Positions 24,058 through 37,306 of a stretch of 64,000 bases of DNA are shown here, piece after piece. Origin of the DNA: Squalus acanthias (taxonomy: Eukaryota). The stretch spans positions 14,572,001 to 14,636,000 of the forward strand of contig CM059433.1 in NCBI GenBank assembly GCA_030390025.1, in the 5' to 3' direction. The translations under genes were made by a program, and so were the position numbers. The notes beneath the pieces are model-generated. The model was not told the origin of the DNA and did no database searches. It saw nothing but the letters and a program-made list of their open reading frames with translations. Every line of letters starts with the position of its first letter. Position 1 is the stretch's first letter.

Positions 24058-25226
24058 AAGGTCAATAAAAATACCCGAGGAAAATTCTTACACTTCTACT
24101 TTTGTGGAACTGTTTTCGTTAAACAAGAATATTTTTAAACCTAACTTTGTCAAGCATTCTGTACCTTGGGTCACCGCCCTGAGTTTATGCAAAGCAAGTT
24201 CCAGAAGATGAATAGATATAACATGGCTTCTTTTGCAAATATTTTTCTGAAGATTAATTGGTCTCCATTACTTTGTGCATTTTCTTATTATAATAGTTTT
24301 GTTTTCTGACAAAGATGAGCAAAGGCATATCAGATTTGGAAAAAAAAGTCATCAAATCTGAAGAGAAGTAATCGCAACCTCTTTCCAAAATGTAGGAACT
24401 CTTTCAGGTTTTAATCAACCATTAGTGTAATCCTTTTTCTCACATCATTGCTACTATACTTTTCTGAGCCCTGTCCTGTTAAACCTTCTTAAGCTCCTTT
24501 CAGAATTCTGATGAAATCCTCACATAATTTTTCATAATCCTCTGAGTTTCCCAGTAAATAATATTTGCGCTCTGCACATAGAATCCTCCTGACAGTCTCT
24601 TACATGATGTTCCATACAAATTGAATTACCTGTGAATAAATCTTTTCCACCAAGATAATTTTCATATTAAGTAAGACTCCAATAAAGTAGAAATACATTT
24701 CCTACAACTGCAGTTCTGTAAGAGTTTCTGTTATCACTACAGAAAACAAATTACTTTGGATTAGAGGGCTGTGTGTTTTCGTGCTGGCGTGTACTCTGTC
24801 CTGAATAGGTAGTATTTAGCTTGTAACAACTCAGGATGAATTGCTTTATATGTCTTATCTAATGTGATTTTAAATACCTGTCAGTTAAATACTGATTTCC
24901 TATCTTTGTCTGTTATTGATCATCATTGTCTTGACATGCATAGACTTACTCAGTCAAATGATGCCTGGAGATGTGACTTCCTTAGTTCTTATTAAAAAAT
25001 GGTAAATTGAAAATCAATAAGATTTGAATTCTTTGTTCTTATTTCAGTATATCATTATTCTGAAAGGCACCTGCATCATCACAACTTGTCTTTAGTGGCA
25101 CATTTTGTCCAGCCATTAGAATTTAACTATTTCACTCCGGATTAGAGTGGGGTTGAGTTTCCATAGTGGTTCTCCTGCTCATCCGTTGTCATTCTGGCAG
25201 AAGAACCGTAGAAATCCTGGACATAT

Positions 25227-26040
25227 GGAGGGAATTTTAACCTCCCAGGATGGGTGGGAGAGGAGCGGGTTAAAAATTCAAAAATGGAAAACCTGACACA
25301 ACTCACCTCAACGCGCCCACTTCTAGTTTTAATGGAGGCGGGTTGGGGGAGGTCGACAAACCTGCTCTCCAGAGGCGGGTCCCTACTTTAAATATTTTAA
25401 TAAGGCTGCGTGGCTCAAATTTTAGCTCTGTTTGCAATTTAACGGACGCGGGCCAGGTTTCCCAGTGCTCAGGAAACCCGGCAGCTGAAGGGAAGTGAGA
25501 GAGGTCAGATCCAACAGATAATTGCCTTTCCAGCACTGCTTATGGGCCAGGAGGAGCAGAGAGCTACACCCAGTCCCTCAAGCTAACCCGTTTCCCACTC
25601 CCCATAGTTTTCTCTGCAATCGGACCCTTCTCCCCCCACGCCCACCCCGCTACCCCCACGATCAGACTGCCGCAATCTATCCACACTCCCCCAAATCTAT
25701 TTGACAGCTCCCATCTCTCAAGCCCCCGACCGATATCTCAACACCCCCCCCACCCCCCAATCTATCTGGCACGCAAGCTATTCACACACACCAAACCCCC
25801 CCCCACCACACCAATCCCTCCGACTGATGTCCCCCAGACCCAAAATCTTTCCATCCTTCCTCTCCCCTCCCTGGCTGCGGCCTGGTGCCGCAGGCCTTCC
25901 CACCCGACAGCCAACCTCTCAATCTGGCCAGCTGTCGGTCAGGAAATGGAGTCCAAAAATTTAAATTTGGCAGGACCTCCAGGAAACCCGTAATACACCT
26001 CTGCCCGTTCCTTCCCCGCCTCCCCGTAAATATCGGGGTC
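25227..26040. mobile_element. Degenerate TIR element with a C-rich low-complexity interior
   Basis: Starts gagggaattttaacc, ends gtaaatatcggggtc. Shares motifs with 321-538. Confidence 0.55.
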
Positions 26041-26097
26041 ATGGTGTTGATGCCATTTTTCCGGGGTTTTTTGCAGCTCTTTCGCTGAACTCATGGC

Positions 26098-26278
26098 AGA
26101 CAATTCCATCATCTCAAAGGAATTAATTATTGAATATTGTGTGTGGCAATGTTGAAGGTGGCATAAAATCTACCGGGGGTGAATTTCTGAAATTCACCCC
26201 CGGTAGATTTTATGCCACCTTCAACATTGCCACACACAATATTCAATAATTAATTCCTTTGCGATGATGGAATTGTCT
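26098..26278. repeat. Near-perfect palindrome: 90-bp arms, 1-nt spacer, 1 mismatch
   Basis: 26098-26187 is the reverse complement of 26189-26278 except catctcaa versus catcgcaa. Confidence 0.97.
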
Positions 26279-26419
26279 CACCTTATTATTACTAAAAGTT
26301 ACTACTGATAATTCAAATGTGCTACAAAATTCAAGATACCTAATGGAAATATAGTATGAAAAAATCAAATAATGAGAAAATTCAAATTAAGCAACTTTGA
26401 CTTAAGAAGAGAAGACTAT

Positions 26420-28186
26420 GGGCTGGATTTTGCCAGCGCTCAGAGGGTGGGTTTGGAGGCGGGTCCGCTGTCAAAATAGCAAAGATTGACAGTGGGTAGG
26501 AAACTCGCTGTCAACCCGCCTCCACACAAGTCTCCCAGGTGTCGGGTCTGTCAGTGGAGAACAGACCCAACATCAAGCGGCAGGGGAGACAATTGAGATC
26601 ATTAAATGGCTTGTTAACAGCCAATGTAATGTTATTTTGAGGCTTCCTTCCAATTTTACGAACTCCCCCACGGGTTACCCACTGCTCGGGGAACACGCCA
26701 GCTCACCCTGGCGTGACTTGAGTCTGCACTGATGTATCTGATAAGCTGACAGCTGCAGAAGTGGTGTAAAGGATGCCATGTTGCAGATGTTCAGTTTCAG
26801 AGCGCAGAAACTGTTGGTTACTGCATTTGTAAGACATAGAGATTTCTTTAGCTTGCAAGTGTTTAGAGCCAACTGTATGTCCAGTGCCACCTCATTGGAA
26901 CAACCTCTCTCACCAGTGACAGATCGCTTCTGTCATCTCACCTGCAGCTGCCATCTATTGCAGCAACATCGGTGCCCTTGAAACTATCTCACCTTGCTCC
27001 TCTGATTCCTTCCACGATCAGCCCCAACACCAGCAGCACCAGGCACACCAGCAGCACCACCAACCTTCTCCACCGTCACCTGATGCTGCACAGAACACAG
27101 GGCATCAGCCCCTGACAACATTGCTGCCCGGGAGGCCAGCAATGGCATCACCATGGCCAGATTTACTTCACTTGATGCTGTAAACCCTGGCTGCCACATG
27201 ATGCGCCAGGTTGACACCAGCACCGTAAAGCATCCCTTTAATGTCCAAGCCATTCCATGCGCACTCATCACTATAGCGGCGGGGGTGGAAGTTATGTCTC
27301 AACATTCACTGGAACTGAGTAAGACACTTCTCAAGGTGTGCACAGATCTGTCCAATAAGGGGCAGTGTTGAAAATATAGATTTCACTGTATGACAACACA
27401 TTACCAGATACTTCACATGGACATTGGCTAAACCTCTCAAGTGCCTACCCTTGTGTGTTGTTAGTTGGTATGTTTGTAGTAGGATGAGGGTGAGTGTGAG
27501 GGGTGGCTAGTGAGATGGGGAAGTGATAATGTAGATAGAGAGGGATGGGTGGAGGCACAAGGTAAGTTGGTGTGAGTAAGGATGTGCTGGAGTAGGGTCG
27601 GGAAGGCAGAGTGATGGGGATGTGATGAGTGGCACAGCAGGATGAGGTTGAGTGTGGCTTTGCAGTAACGTTTCATGATACACTGAGATCATGGAAAGGT
27701 TTGCGCCACTGCAGCCAGGGATCCCTGACGACATCCCTGCATGTGCCCTCCTGCGCAATGTACAACCAGGCTGCGTTAGTGTCCTGGGGAGGTCTCTTCC
27801 GCCCTTGGAAGGGAAGAGAACCTCCCTGCGTGCTGTGACTCCCTCCATAAGCATATGGAGGGAATCTTTGGAGAGCCTGGGTGCAACCGTCCACCTTTGT
27901 GCAGTGCTTGTCAGTGTTTGCAGCACCTCAATGCTGTCAAACAGACAGAACAACTGTCAAACTCAATGTGGCCGTGATCCTTTAAGGAAACCGGCTGATG
28001 ACGCGTCATCAAATGATGTCATCAGACCCGCTTCCTGTTAATTGGCCAGGAACCCCGCAGGGCGGGCTTAACAAGGCCAATCAAGGGAAAATCCCTTTGA
28101 CAGTGCGGCTGCAGCCAGGATCGTGACTGGAACCCGGAAACCAGCTCTCCCGCCACCATCCCGCCTCCGCAGAGAAAATCCAGCCC
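26420..28186 (-). mobile_element. Complete non-autonomous Harbinger-derived element (family B, ~1.77 kb) carrying a Myb/SANT-like exon remnant at ~27680-27910
   Basis: Perfect TIR gggctggatttt / aaaatccagccc and TAT TSD (26417-26419, 28187-28189). Reads APRLSKDSLHMLMEGVTARREVLFP, then a frameshift, then NAAWLYIAQE..WLQWRKPFHDL. Confidence 0.88.
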
Positions 28187-28614
28187 TATATTATAAGTTA
28201 GACATTAAAAAAATTTGGACTTCCATCTGAAAACAAAGCACAGTCTATCAGTCTCTCCCATCTTCACCTTTCTCCCTTTCCCTCTTTTTCATTTTTTCCT
28301 TATTAAACAAACTCAGCAGGAATTGCAATTCTTCTAGCCTCTTCGGGTTTTTCTTTCGTGTCATTGCCTTCCTCAATGATTCTTTCCTGAATGATTCCTT
28401 CCGTCAAATTGGTAAGATTTTTCTATTTTAAATAGTCAAGCACCAATGCTTAAGCACATTTTTATTGAGTGAAATCCAAACCTTATCACTTTTTTTTCCA
28501 CTCCTTAGATAGAAAATAAAAAGCCTTGCATTTATCTAGAGCCTCACGAAGTGAGTGAAGAGGAGAGAAGGGGGAAATAATGGAATGGAATCCATTGCTG
28601 TACGCTATATAAAA

Positions 28615-28966
28615 AAGAAAGAAAGACTTGCATTTCTATAGTGCCTTTCACAACCACCGGATGTCTCAAAGCGCTTTACAGCCAATGAAGTACTTTTGAA
28701 GTGGAGTCACTGTTGTAATGTGGGAAACACGGCAGCCAATTTGCGCACAGCAAGCTCCCACAAACAGCAATGTGACAATGACCAGATAATCTGTTTTTGT
28801 TATGTTGGTTGAGGGATAAATATTGACCAGGACACCAGGGATAACTCCCCCTGCTCTTCTTTGAAATAGTGCCATGGGATCTTTCACGGCCATCTGAGAG
28901 AGCAGACGGGACCTCGGTTTAATGACTCATCCGAAAGACGGCACCTCCGACAGTGCAGCACTCTCT
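28615..28966 (-). mobile_element. DeuSINE (SacSINE1-like), 5'-truncated
   Basis: Reverse complement of the core and tail seen at 2330-2540 and 3275-3340. Confidence 0.88.
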
Positions 28967-29032
28967 AGAAGGTAAATGTTGTGATGTCAGCACAGCCAAT
29001 TTGCAGTGTTCTTGATTTTGTGATAATGAATC

Positions 29033-29473
29033 GCAACACGGTGGCATAGTGGTTAGCACTGGTGCCTCACAGGTTCAAATCTGGCCTCGGGTGACTGTCT
29101 GTGTGGAGTTTGCACATTCTCCCCGTGTCTGCGTGGGTTTCCTCCGGGTGCTCCGGTTTCCTCCCACAGTCCAAAAATGTGCGGGTTAGGTTGATTTGGC
29201 TATGATAAATTGACCCTTAGTGTTAGGGGGGGATTAAATATGTGGGGTTACGGGGATAGGATAGGAAGGGATATGTTAGGGGGAATTAAATACGTGGGGT
29301 TACGGGGATAGGGTGGGATATGTGTCGGTGCAGGCTCGATGGGGATTCTGTGTGAGAAAGCAGGGACAGGGTACTGGATTTGGATGATCAGCCATGATCG
29401 TATTGAATGGTGGAGCAGGCTCGACGGGCCGAATGGCCTACTCCTGCTCCTAGTTTCTATGTTTCTATGTTTC
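29033..29473 (+). mobile_element. HE1-like V-SINE
   Basis: tRNA-like head ggtggcatagtggttagcact, V-domain gtgtggagtttgcacattctccccgtgtctgcgtgggtttcctccggg, and CR1-derived tail with (ctatgttt)n. Confidence 0.92.
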
Positions 29474-30416
29474 ACAGAATATTATTGGCACCTGAAAATT
29501 GGCATGGAAATCTCTACACCCGCTCTCCTGATCCACATTCTTATTGAGAAAGGCTCCAGACCGTAGCCTCCAATTGTAAAATTTACTCTTAGATATTGAC
29601 TTCATCAATCTAAATTCTGAAAAGCATGATCCACAAGTGCTTTTTTTTCCTATAACACCAACTAGATAATGACCAAAGCACATGATGTCCCGTTGGCTGC
29701 CTAGGTACATTTTTCCCCAAAACACTGTGGACATGGTATGATGTTCCTCAGCTGTTGTGACCATGCAAATATCATCTCAACAACACCAAGTGATCAAGGA
29801 TGAATATGGAATGTCAGATATATGTTCTGGAGTCTTGATTAATTACTGTATTTTGGAGGGGCGGGAGACTACAAGGAAAGAGTTTTACAACTTATCATAC
29901 CCAGATCGTTCAACAGACAATAGAGATCACAATAGAGTAGATTGTATATGGCTTGTGGAACGAATGACTTAACAGCCGAAATGACCATTTCTCAATCTTT
30001 GCTTTATGTTCTTATGCGATATCTCCTAACAAAGGATGAAGTGATACACTAACTTTCTTTAATTAAAGAACTTCCCAACATGGCCCATTCTCAAAAAATT
30101 CCCATCCACTTCTCTTTGATTGCTCAAATGTATTAGTGTAAAAGCTGTTGTACTTGTTTTAGAATAGTGAAAGGGCCATGCAGGGAGCTCTTGGACTGCA
30201 GACTCGGTTCTGACAGAAGCCTGTGATTCACTTGGAGCTGCAAGTGCAAAAAAAACCCCGGCAAACTTTCCTGGTTGTATCACAAATGGAATTTGTGGAT
30301 GGTTTCTCCCCACCTCCTCCTCCTCTCCCTTCCCCAAATTATGATTGATTTTGGGAAGTACTTTGGAAGTGAAAACAATTGTCGGGACGTAGATACTGAT
30401 CAATCCAACCGCATAA

Positions 30417-30649
30417 GGGTCGATTTTAACTCCCGTCGGTCAGCTGCTCGGCAGAAAATGGCAGTGGGAGAGGATGAAGATCAGTCGGAGGGACGGGGGT
30501 GTCTCACGGATAATGAGGGAAGGGGTGGAGCCCGGGGCAGCAGAGACCCGGACTTTTTTTAAATTTAACTCAGCAGCCTTCCCGACAGGTTCACCTGACG
30601 GGCCGGACACGGCGGGCACTTCGCTCAGGAGCAGGCTAAAATTTCATCC
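30417..30649. mobile_element. Small degenerate TIR element; a similar one follows at ~30796-30992
   Basis: Starts gggtcgattttaac, ends ctaaaatttcatcc. Confidence 0.45.
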
Positions 30650-31092
30650 TCTCACCATATGTATGTCTTCGGACTCTGGTTGCTACATTGCAACAAGTGG
30701 CTACACTTCAAAAAGTGCTTCATTGGCTGTAAAGCGCTTTAGGACGTCCGGTGGTGGTGAAAGGCGCTATAGAAATGCAAGTCTTTCTTTTTTCTGAGCT
30801 GCATTTATTGATGAGGCTCCCCCAGAGTCCGGCGGGAGACTATTCCTCCACCAAAAACAACTGCCGTTAGAATCGCAGATCGGCGGGAACGGAGTGGGAA
30901 TTGGAGCTACTCTTTCAACTGTCCTACCGCCCTCCCCCACCCTTCTCACACCCACTCCTTTCCCACCAATCAGGGAGAGCTAAAATTCCTCCTTTTGTTT
31001 CATGTTTTTGTGGTTAACACTTCATTAACTCTGCTCTATAGTTAATAAGGAAGCTGAATTCAAATGTTCTCAAAGTGCTATAAAAGTATGTA

Positions 31093-31635
31093 CAGGAAAC
31101 TCTTTGTTATCCGGCACCGACGGGACCGGGATGATGCCGGTCGATTAAAAATTCCGGATAACGGAGAGGTATATCTACCGAGGCTATTTTTAACAAACAA
31201 AAATTAAAAAATCAAGAAATGTGCAGTATACAGTAATTGGGTACTCACCTACAGAATGTTGTGTTAAATGGATGGTGGAAGATGCTTGATTAAGTACAGT
31301 GCTTGGACCAACTTTTGGGAATTCCATAATGCAAGATGGGGGAGATAATTCACAATAATGATGGAGAGACACACAGAAAAATGGCGGATCGGAAGAGACT
31401 ACTGGCAGCGCGGGAGAGTCAGACTCCTGTTATTGAGGTGTTCGGACTTCCGACAGCGCCAAGAAACCGAGTAGTGGCAGTTTGGAGAACTACCTCCACT
31501 GACTAACTCGGCCACCGCGGGAGACTCGGTCTCGACAACATTGCCGCTTATTGAGGAGTTGTTTTCGGAGTATGAATTTTGCCGGTTAATAGAGAATTCC
31601 GGATATTTAGGTGCTGTTTAAACGAGAGTTTCCTG
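31093..31635. mobile_element. Tc1/mariner (Tigger/pogo-like) non-autonomous element
   Basis: TA flanks at 31091-31092 and 31636-31637. TIR caggaaactct..gcacc / ggtgc..agagtttcctg. Confidence 0.82.
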
Positions 31636-32538
31636 TATTCTGTATTACCATTTAAAGAGCTCCATCTGAACATTTAATTCAAGGTTGGCAGATAATACTG
31701 AGGAGGATGACCTCAGTCTATAGCACTTTTCCATTATGAGATAGTTGATGCCTTAACTTTGGCACTTTATTAAATTGAAGCAACTCACATGATCTTAGTA
31801 TTTTGTCTATTGCACTCAACTACATTTGTGTGTTAGGACAGCCCGTTTTTAGTGGAAGTAATAGTTGTTGAGAATTTATGGTTAGTTGCCCTTAGTTACG
31901 GGAGGCAGATAATTGAAGAGTTCGAGCTGGGAAAGCTCGTTCTGGGAAAGCTTGTCAGTGAGATAAGCTGTTAATCAAGAACACCAAGGGCATCGGCAGG
32001 AGATAAATGAACACATAGGGCTGGACCTGGGCATTGAATTTAATGGTTTGAGGTTAGGCATGGGAAAGTCACTGTTAGATCTTCTAGTGATGCTTGCACA
32101 TCTCAACTTTGATACATGAGTTGATAGACCATTATGGAAAAGGCAATTGGGAAAGTAGGGGCTTAATTTTAATCAAGGCTTCAGCTCTTAAGTTAGTGGA
32201 CTAAGATCAAACGGAGCTCAGCTGCTGAAACTGAGCAGGTTGCCAAAACCCATTAGGTACTATAGACAACTGTTTTACTTTTTCTGTGATGCAAGTACAA
32301 ATGCAATATCAGGCCTCTTGTAAAGCAAAGAAAGGTACACATTTCATGCCGATAGAATAATCGAGTTTTTAATTCAGTAGGGCAAGATAACATTTTTCAT
32401 CCATTTTATAAATTATTTTGCATTCCCAGTTGGTAAGGTCCTCTTAAAACTCATCACATCAGAGAAAATATAGTCTATGGCTTCTCAAAAATTATTATTT
32501 TCTGCATACAAATATATACGTTTCATGACGCCCATCTA

Positions 32539-33020
32539 GGGGCTGATTTTATTTTGGGCATCGAGCGAACCTGGGCATCGGTGCAATTGTGCCGCCAGGC
32601 GGGCGTCCTTGGCGAGAGGCAGCGCACCGATCAGGCGAAGGGGCAGAATATCTGTCAGCCCCTCCGCACATCTGAGCCAGTGTGTTTGTACTTAAAAGGA
32701 AAGGAGGAAGGGCCTGCATCCAGGCCGGTGGCCAATGAGAAGATTTCCATGGGGCCAGGAGAAGCAATCATGCCCCCTCCTGGCCCCACAAAACTCAGAG
32801 CTGCAGGTGTGTTGCTGTGGTTCCCGAGTGGCCTGCTCCCTTTGCTCCGCCCATTGGTACCTGAAAATTGCAACGGGGTCCTGCAAATGCACCTGGACAT
32901 GTATGTTACAGGTAGCCTCCCACCAGAGACAGGCGGGTGCTCGCCCATTTCCATTGAGAGTCATAAATCAGCGTTATTGCCCCTATTCCCACCCAACTGA
33001 GTCCATGCGAATTGGTCCCG
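32539..33020. mobile_element. Degenerate GC-rich TIR element
   Basis: Starts ggggctgatttt, ends gaattggtccc. Confidence 0.5.
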
Positions 33021-33059
33021 TACAGTTCATCATTTCAAAATAGCTCATTTTCGTCCCCA

Positions 33060-33662
33060 GGGAGAAAGGGAGGGTGAAAGGAAGGGAGGGAGGGATGGAT
33101 AGAGAGAGGGATGGATGGAGGGATGGATGGATGGGAGGGAGAGAGAGAGGGAGGAAGGAAGGAAGGGAGAGATGGAGAGAGGGATGGATGGAGGGAGGGA
33201 TGGATGGATGGATGGATGGATGGGAGGGAGGGAGGAAGGAAGGAAGGAAGGGAGGGATGGATGGATGGAGAGAGGGATGGAGGGATGGATGTTTGGATGG
33301 GAGGGAGGGACGGAGAGAGGGACGGAGAGAGGGACGGAGAGAGGGACGGAGAGAGGGAGGGAAGGAAGGAAGGAAGGGATGGAGAGAGAAATGGATGGAG
33401 GGAGGGAGGGATGGATGGGAGGGATGGATGGATGGAGAGAGGGAGGGAGGAAGGAAGGAAGGGAGGGATGGATGAGAGAGGGATGGATGGAGGGAGGGAT
33501 GGATGGGAGGGAGGGACGGAGAGGGAGGGAGGAAGGAAGGAAGGGAGGGATGGATGGAGGGAGGGAGGGAGGAAGGGAGGGGAGGGATAGATGGATGGAT
33601 GGACGGATGGAGGGAGGAAAGGAGGGAGGGAGGGAGGAATGGATGGATGGATGGAGGGAGGG
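33060..33662. repeat. Compound purine-rich microsatellite (GGAT/GGAA/GGGA/GAGA)
   Basis: About 600 bp, overwhelmingly G/A on the plus strand. Confidence 0.97.
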
Positions 33663-34967
33663 ACCATCCAAAGTTAAAATTAATTCATACATGCTTTATT
33701 CTGAACTGACTGTATCCTGGTACTCATTAAGGTGAATACTATGAGGAGCTGCTCCCAAGATAGAGATATTTTACCTTCTGTACCTTACAGATTGATGACA
33801 TCTTTATATCTGTGATAGAACTAGAGTACAATCTAGTCTCCTAGGGAGCCAGGTCGCTGCAGCACCAGTTAATAAACCATGAAAGGTAAAAAAAAAACTG
33901 AGGATTAGAATATATTTTTGGAACGTTTTTCAAAAGATCAGGTAAGTCACGGTGCTTTATTTGTTTAGGTATAAGAAGGACTTGCATGTATTTATGCCAC
34001 AATGTAGCCTCAAAATAAAAATATCCACTTAGGGAAATGTATGCAAGGTTTCCCAAAACCCATTAATTCCATTCGGCTAGTCTCACGGGAGGCTGTAGAA
34101 AATATTACTTCTGCAAAGAAGGTTTGAACACTGTTAGGAATAACACTTAATATATGAGGTTCTTATGTGGCATGGATCTTTCATAGTAAAGTAGGCGCTA
34201 ACAATGTAATAGAAAACCAAGCCCCATCTTCACAATGAGGACACCTTCCATCATGTTGTGTGGCACTCCCACTGTGCTAAGTGGCATAGGTTAAGAATTC
34301 ATTGAGCAGCTCAAAAGTGGACATGATGAGGTGCTTTAGGTCATCATCAGCAGCAGAATTATATACCACCACAATCTGTAACCGCATGGCTCGGCATATC
34401 CCTCACTGCTCCATCACCATCAAGCCAGACAATCAACACTAGTTCAATGGGTAGTGTAGAAAAGCATGCCAGGAGCAACACCAGGCTTACTTGAAAATGA
34501 GGTGCCAACCTGGTGAAGCTACAACACAGGACTACATGCATGGTAACCAGCAGAAACAGCATGTTATAGATACAACTAAGTGATCACACAACCAATGGAT
34601 CAGATTAAACCTCTGAAGTTTTGACACATCCAGTCCTGAATGGTGGTGGACAATTAAGCAACTAACAGGAGGAGGAGCCTTCATGAACATCCCCATCCTC
34701 AATGATGCAGAGGCCAGCACGTGAGTGCAAAAGACAAGGCTGAAGCGTTGATAAACATCTTGAGCCAGAAGTGCTGAGTGGATGATCCTCCTCGGCCTTC
34801 TCCTGGGGTCCCCACCATCACAGACGCCAGTCTTCAGCCAATTCAATTCACTCCATGTGATATCAAGCGATGGTTGAGCACACTGGAAAGGCTATGGGTC
34901 CAAACAACATCAAAGCTGTAGTGCTGAAGACCTGTGCTCCAGAACTAGGCACGCCTCTAGCCAAACT

Positions 34968-34974
34968 GTCAGCC

Positions 34975-35016
<42 letters not shown>

Positions 35017-35300
35017 GTGGGTTCAAGCCCCACTTCAGAGACATGAGCACAAAATCTAGGCCGACGGTCCAGTGCAGTATTGAGGGAGTGCTGCACTGTC
35101 GGAGATTCCGTCTTTCCGATGAGATGTTAAACCAAAGCCCCATCTGCCCTCTCAGTTGGACATAAATAATTCCATGGCACTATTTTGAAGAAAAGCAGGG
35201 ATTTCCCCCCGATGTCGTGACCAATATTTATCCCTCAACCAACGTCAATAAAACAGATAATCATGTCATTATCACATTGCTGTTTGTGGGACCTTGTGCA
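34968..35300 (+). mobile_element. DeuSINE (SacSINE1-like)
   Basis: Head gtggctcagtgggtagcact..gggttcaagcccc, then the same core as 2230-2540. Confidence 0.88.
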
Positions 35301-35904
35301 AATCTCCCACCATCAGCATTCTGAGGGTTGCCATTGACCAGAAACTTAACTGGAACAGCCAAACAAATGTCGTAGCTGCTAGAGCAGGTCAGAGGCTGAG
35401 TATTCTGTGGAGAGTGGCTCATTTCCTGTCTCCCCAAATCCTCTCCACTACCTACAAAGCACAAGTCAAGAGTGTGATGGAATACTTTCCACTTGCCTGG
35501 ATGGTTGAAGCTGCAACAGCTCTCAAGAAGCTCGACACCATCCTGGACAAAGCAATCTGCTTGATCTGCAGCCTATCCACCACCTTAAACATCCATTCAC
35601 TCCACCAGCGGTGCACAGTGGCTGCAGTGTGTACCATCTACAGCAAGTCACCAAGGCTCCTTTGACAGCATCTCCCAAACCTGTGACCTCCACCACCTAG
35701 AAGGACAAGGGCAGCAAGTGCATGGGAACACCACCACCTCCAAGTTCCCTTCCAGGTCACATAACATCCTGACTTGGAAATTTATTGCCGTTCCTTTATC
35801 GTCGCTGGATCAAAGTCCTGGAACTCCGTAGCTAATAGCACTGTGGCATCACCTTCACCACATAAACTGCAACGATTCAAGAAGGCAGCTCACCACCACC
35901 TTCA

Positions 35905-36304
35905 CAACAACAACAATTTGCATATATATATATATATATATATAACACATTTAACATAGCAAAACGTCCCAAAGCACTTCACAGGTGCATTATCAAATAA
36001 ATTTGACACTGAGCCACGTAAGGGGATATTAGGACAGATGCTTGGTCAAAGAGAAGGAAAGGAGGTAGGAAAAAGGAGGTCTTAAAGGAGGAAAGAGAGG
36101 TAGCGAGGCAGAGAGGTTTAGGGAGGGAATTCCAGAGCTTAGGGCCTCGACAGCTGAAGGCACGGCCTCCAATGGTGGAGCGATTAAAATCAGGGATGAA
36201 CAAGAGGCCAGAATTGGAGGAGCGCAGATATCTCGGAGGGTTGTAGGGCTAGAGGAGGTTAAGGAGATAGGGAGAGGCGAAACCACGGAGGGATTTGAAA
36301 ACAA
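35905..36304 (-). mobile_element. L2 3' end
   Basis: STIGGRAFSCRGPKLWNSLP on the minus strand and a (caa)n tail. Confidence 0.88.
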
Positions 36305-37076
36305 GGGCAACTAAGGATGGGCAATAAATACTGGCCTTGCGAGTGATGCCCATATCCCAGTAATTAATAAAAACAAAGAAGCTGCTGTTTAGGGAGGTGA
36401 ATACTTGTATTAAAACATATGCATGAGGATGGTCTAACACTCTAAGCTTCATGGTCAGACTAAGATAAGGAATTGATTATTTTCGCTAGAGCAAAACGAT
36501 TTTACTAGAGTGATGTTGCAACATAAGATGAGACAGTTAAAGAGTGATTAGTCCTTAGCTGAAAACAGGGTTTATTATAATGAGGTCATAAATGGTAAAC
36601 CAATTTGTTCTCAGTATATAAATCATGTCAATCACTTCATCATTCTCTGTTCGTAATAAAATTGTATTGGTTATTTAAACTATGGTTTAATTTTGCTATT
36701 GGGCCTTTTGATGCCACCACTTGTACAAATGATCAATAACAACATTGTCGCTCTGAGCACAGAGGCACAGAAAGGTAAGGACAGGTGGAAGAGCAAACGT
36801 CAACCCAAGTTCCTTTCTGGCAGAACCCTTAATTTTCTATTAAGGAATTGTTACATCTCAACTGCAGAATAAATATCTGCAATGAAAATAAATATAAAAC
36901 CCAGTAACAATAAGTAACCACAATTAGTAACCAGAGATTGCACCCAAGTTCTATCGCAGATATTCATCTGTATGGTACAGGTTATGAAACACTTGTATCC
37001 TGCTAGCATCCACTCACGGTACAATGGTCTTTATCACATCATACTTTCCAAAACATGTTCAGAACTATAATATTAT

Positions 37077-37306
37077 TATAAATAAAAACAGAAAATGCTG
37101 GAAATACTCAGCAGGTCAGGCAGCATCTGTGGAGAGAGAAACAGAGTTAACATTTCAGGTCTGTGACCCTTCGTCAGAACACTCATCGATCGACCTTAAA
37201 CGTTAACTCTGTTTCTCTCTCTAAGGATGTTGCCTGACCTGCTGAGTATTTCCAGCGTTTTCTGTTTTTATTTCAGAATTCCAGCATCCGCAGTATTTTG
37301 CTTTTG
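37077..37306. mobile_element. Short Penelope-like foldback insert (second family) with a hammerhead-like core on the minus strand (37148-37177)
   Basis: About 80-bp inverted arms and probable TSD tataatattat (37066-37076, 37307-37317). Minus strand reads CTGACGA-aGGGTC-aca-GACCT-GAAA-TGTTA. Confidence 0.78.

Larger units (their letters stand above)
34330..36360 (+). mobile_element. RTE/RTEX-like LINE remnant interrupted by a DeuSINE and an L2 tail
   Basis: EWWWTIKQLTGGG, YKAQVKSVMEY and KSWNS remnants. The tail aagaaggcagctcaccaccacc resumes as gggcaactaaggatgggcaataaat at ~36305. Confidence 0.75.

Noticed and set aside
24060..24800. Possible ORF1 remnant of the ancient minus-strand LINE
   Set aside because: Too decayed to identify by eye.
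33035..33735. Several 130-215 aa ORFs
   Set aside because: Stop-free translations of a microsatellite.
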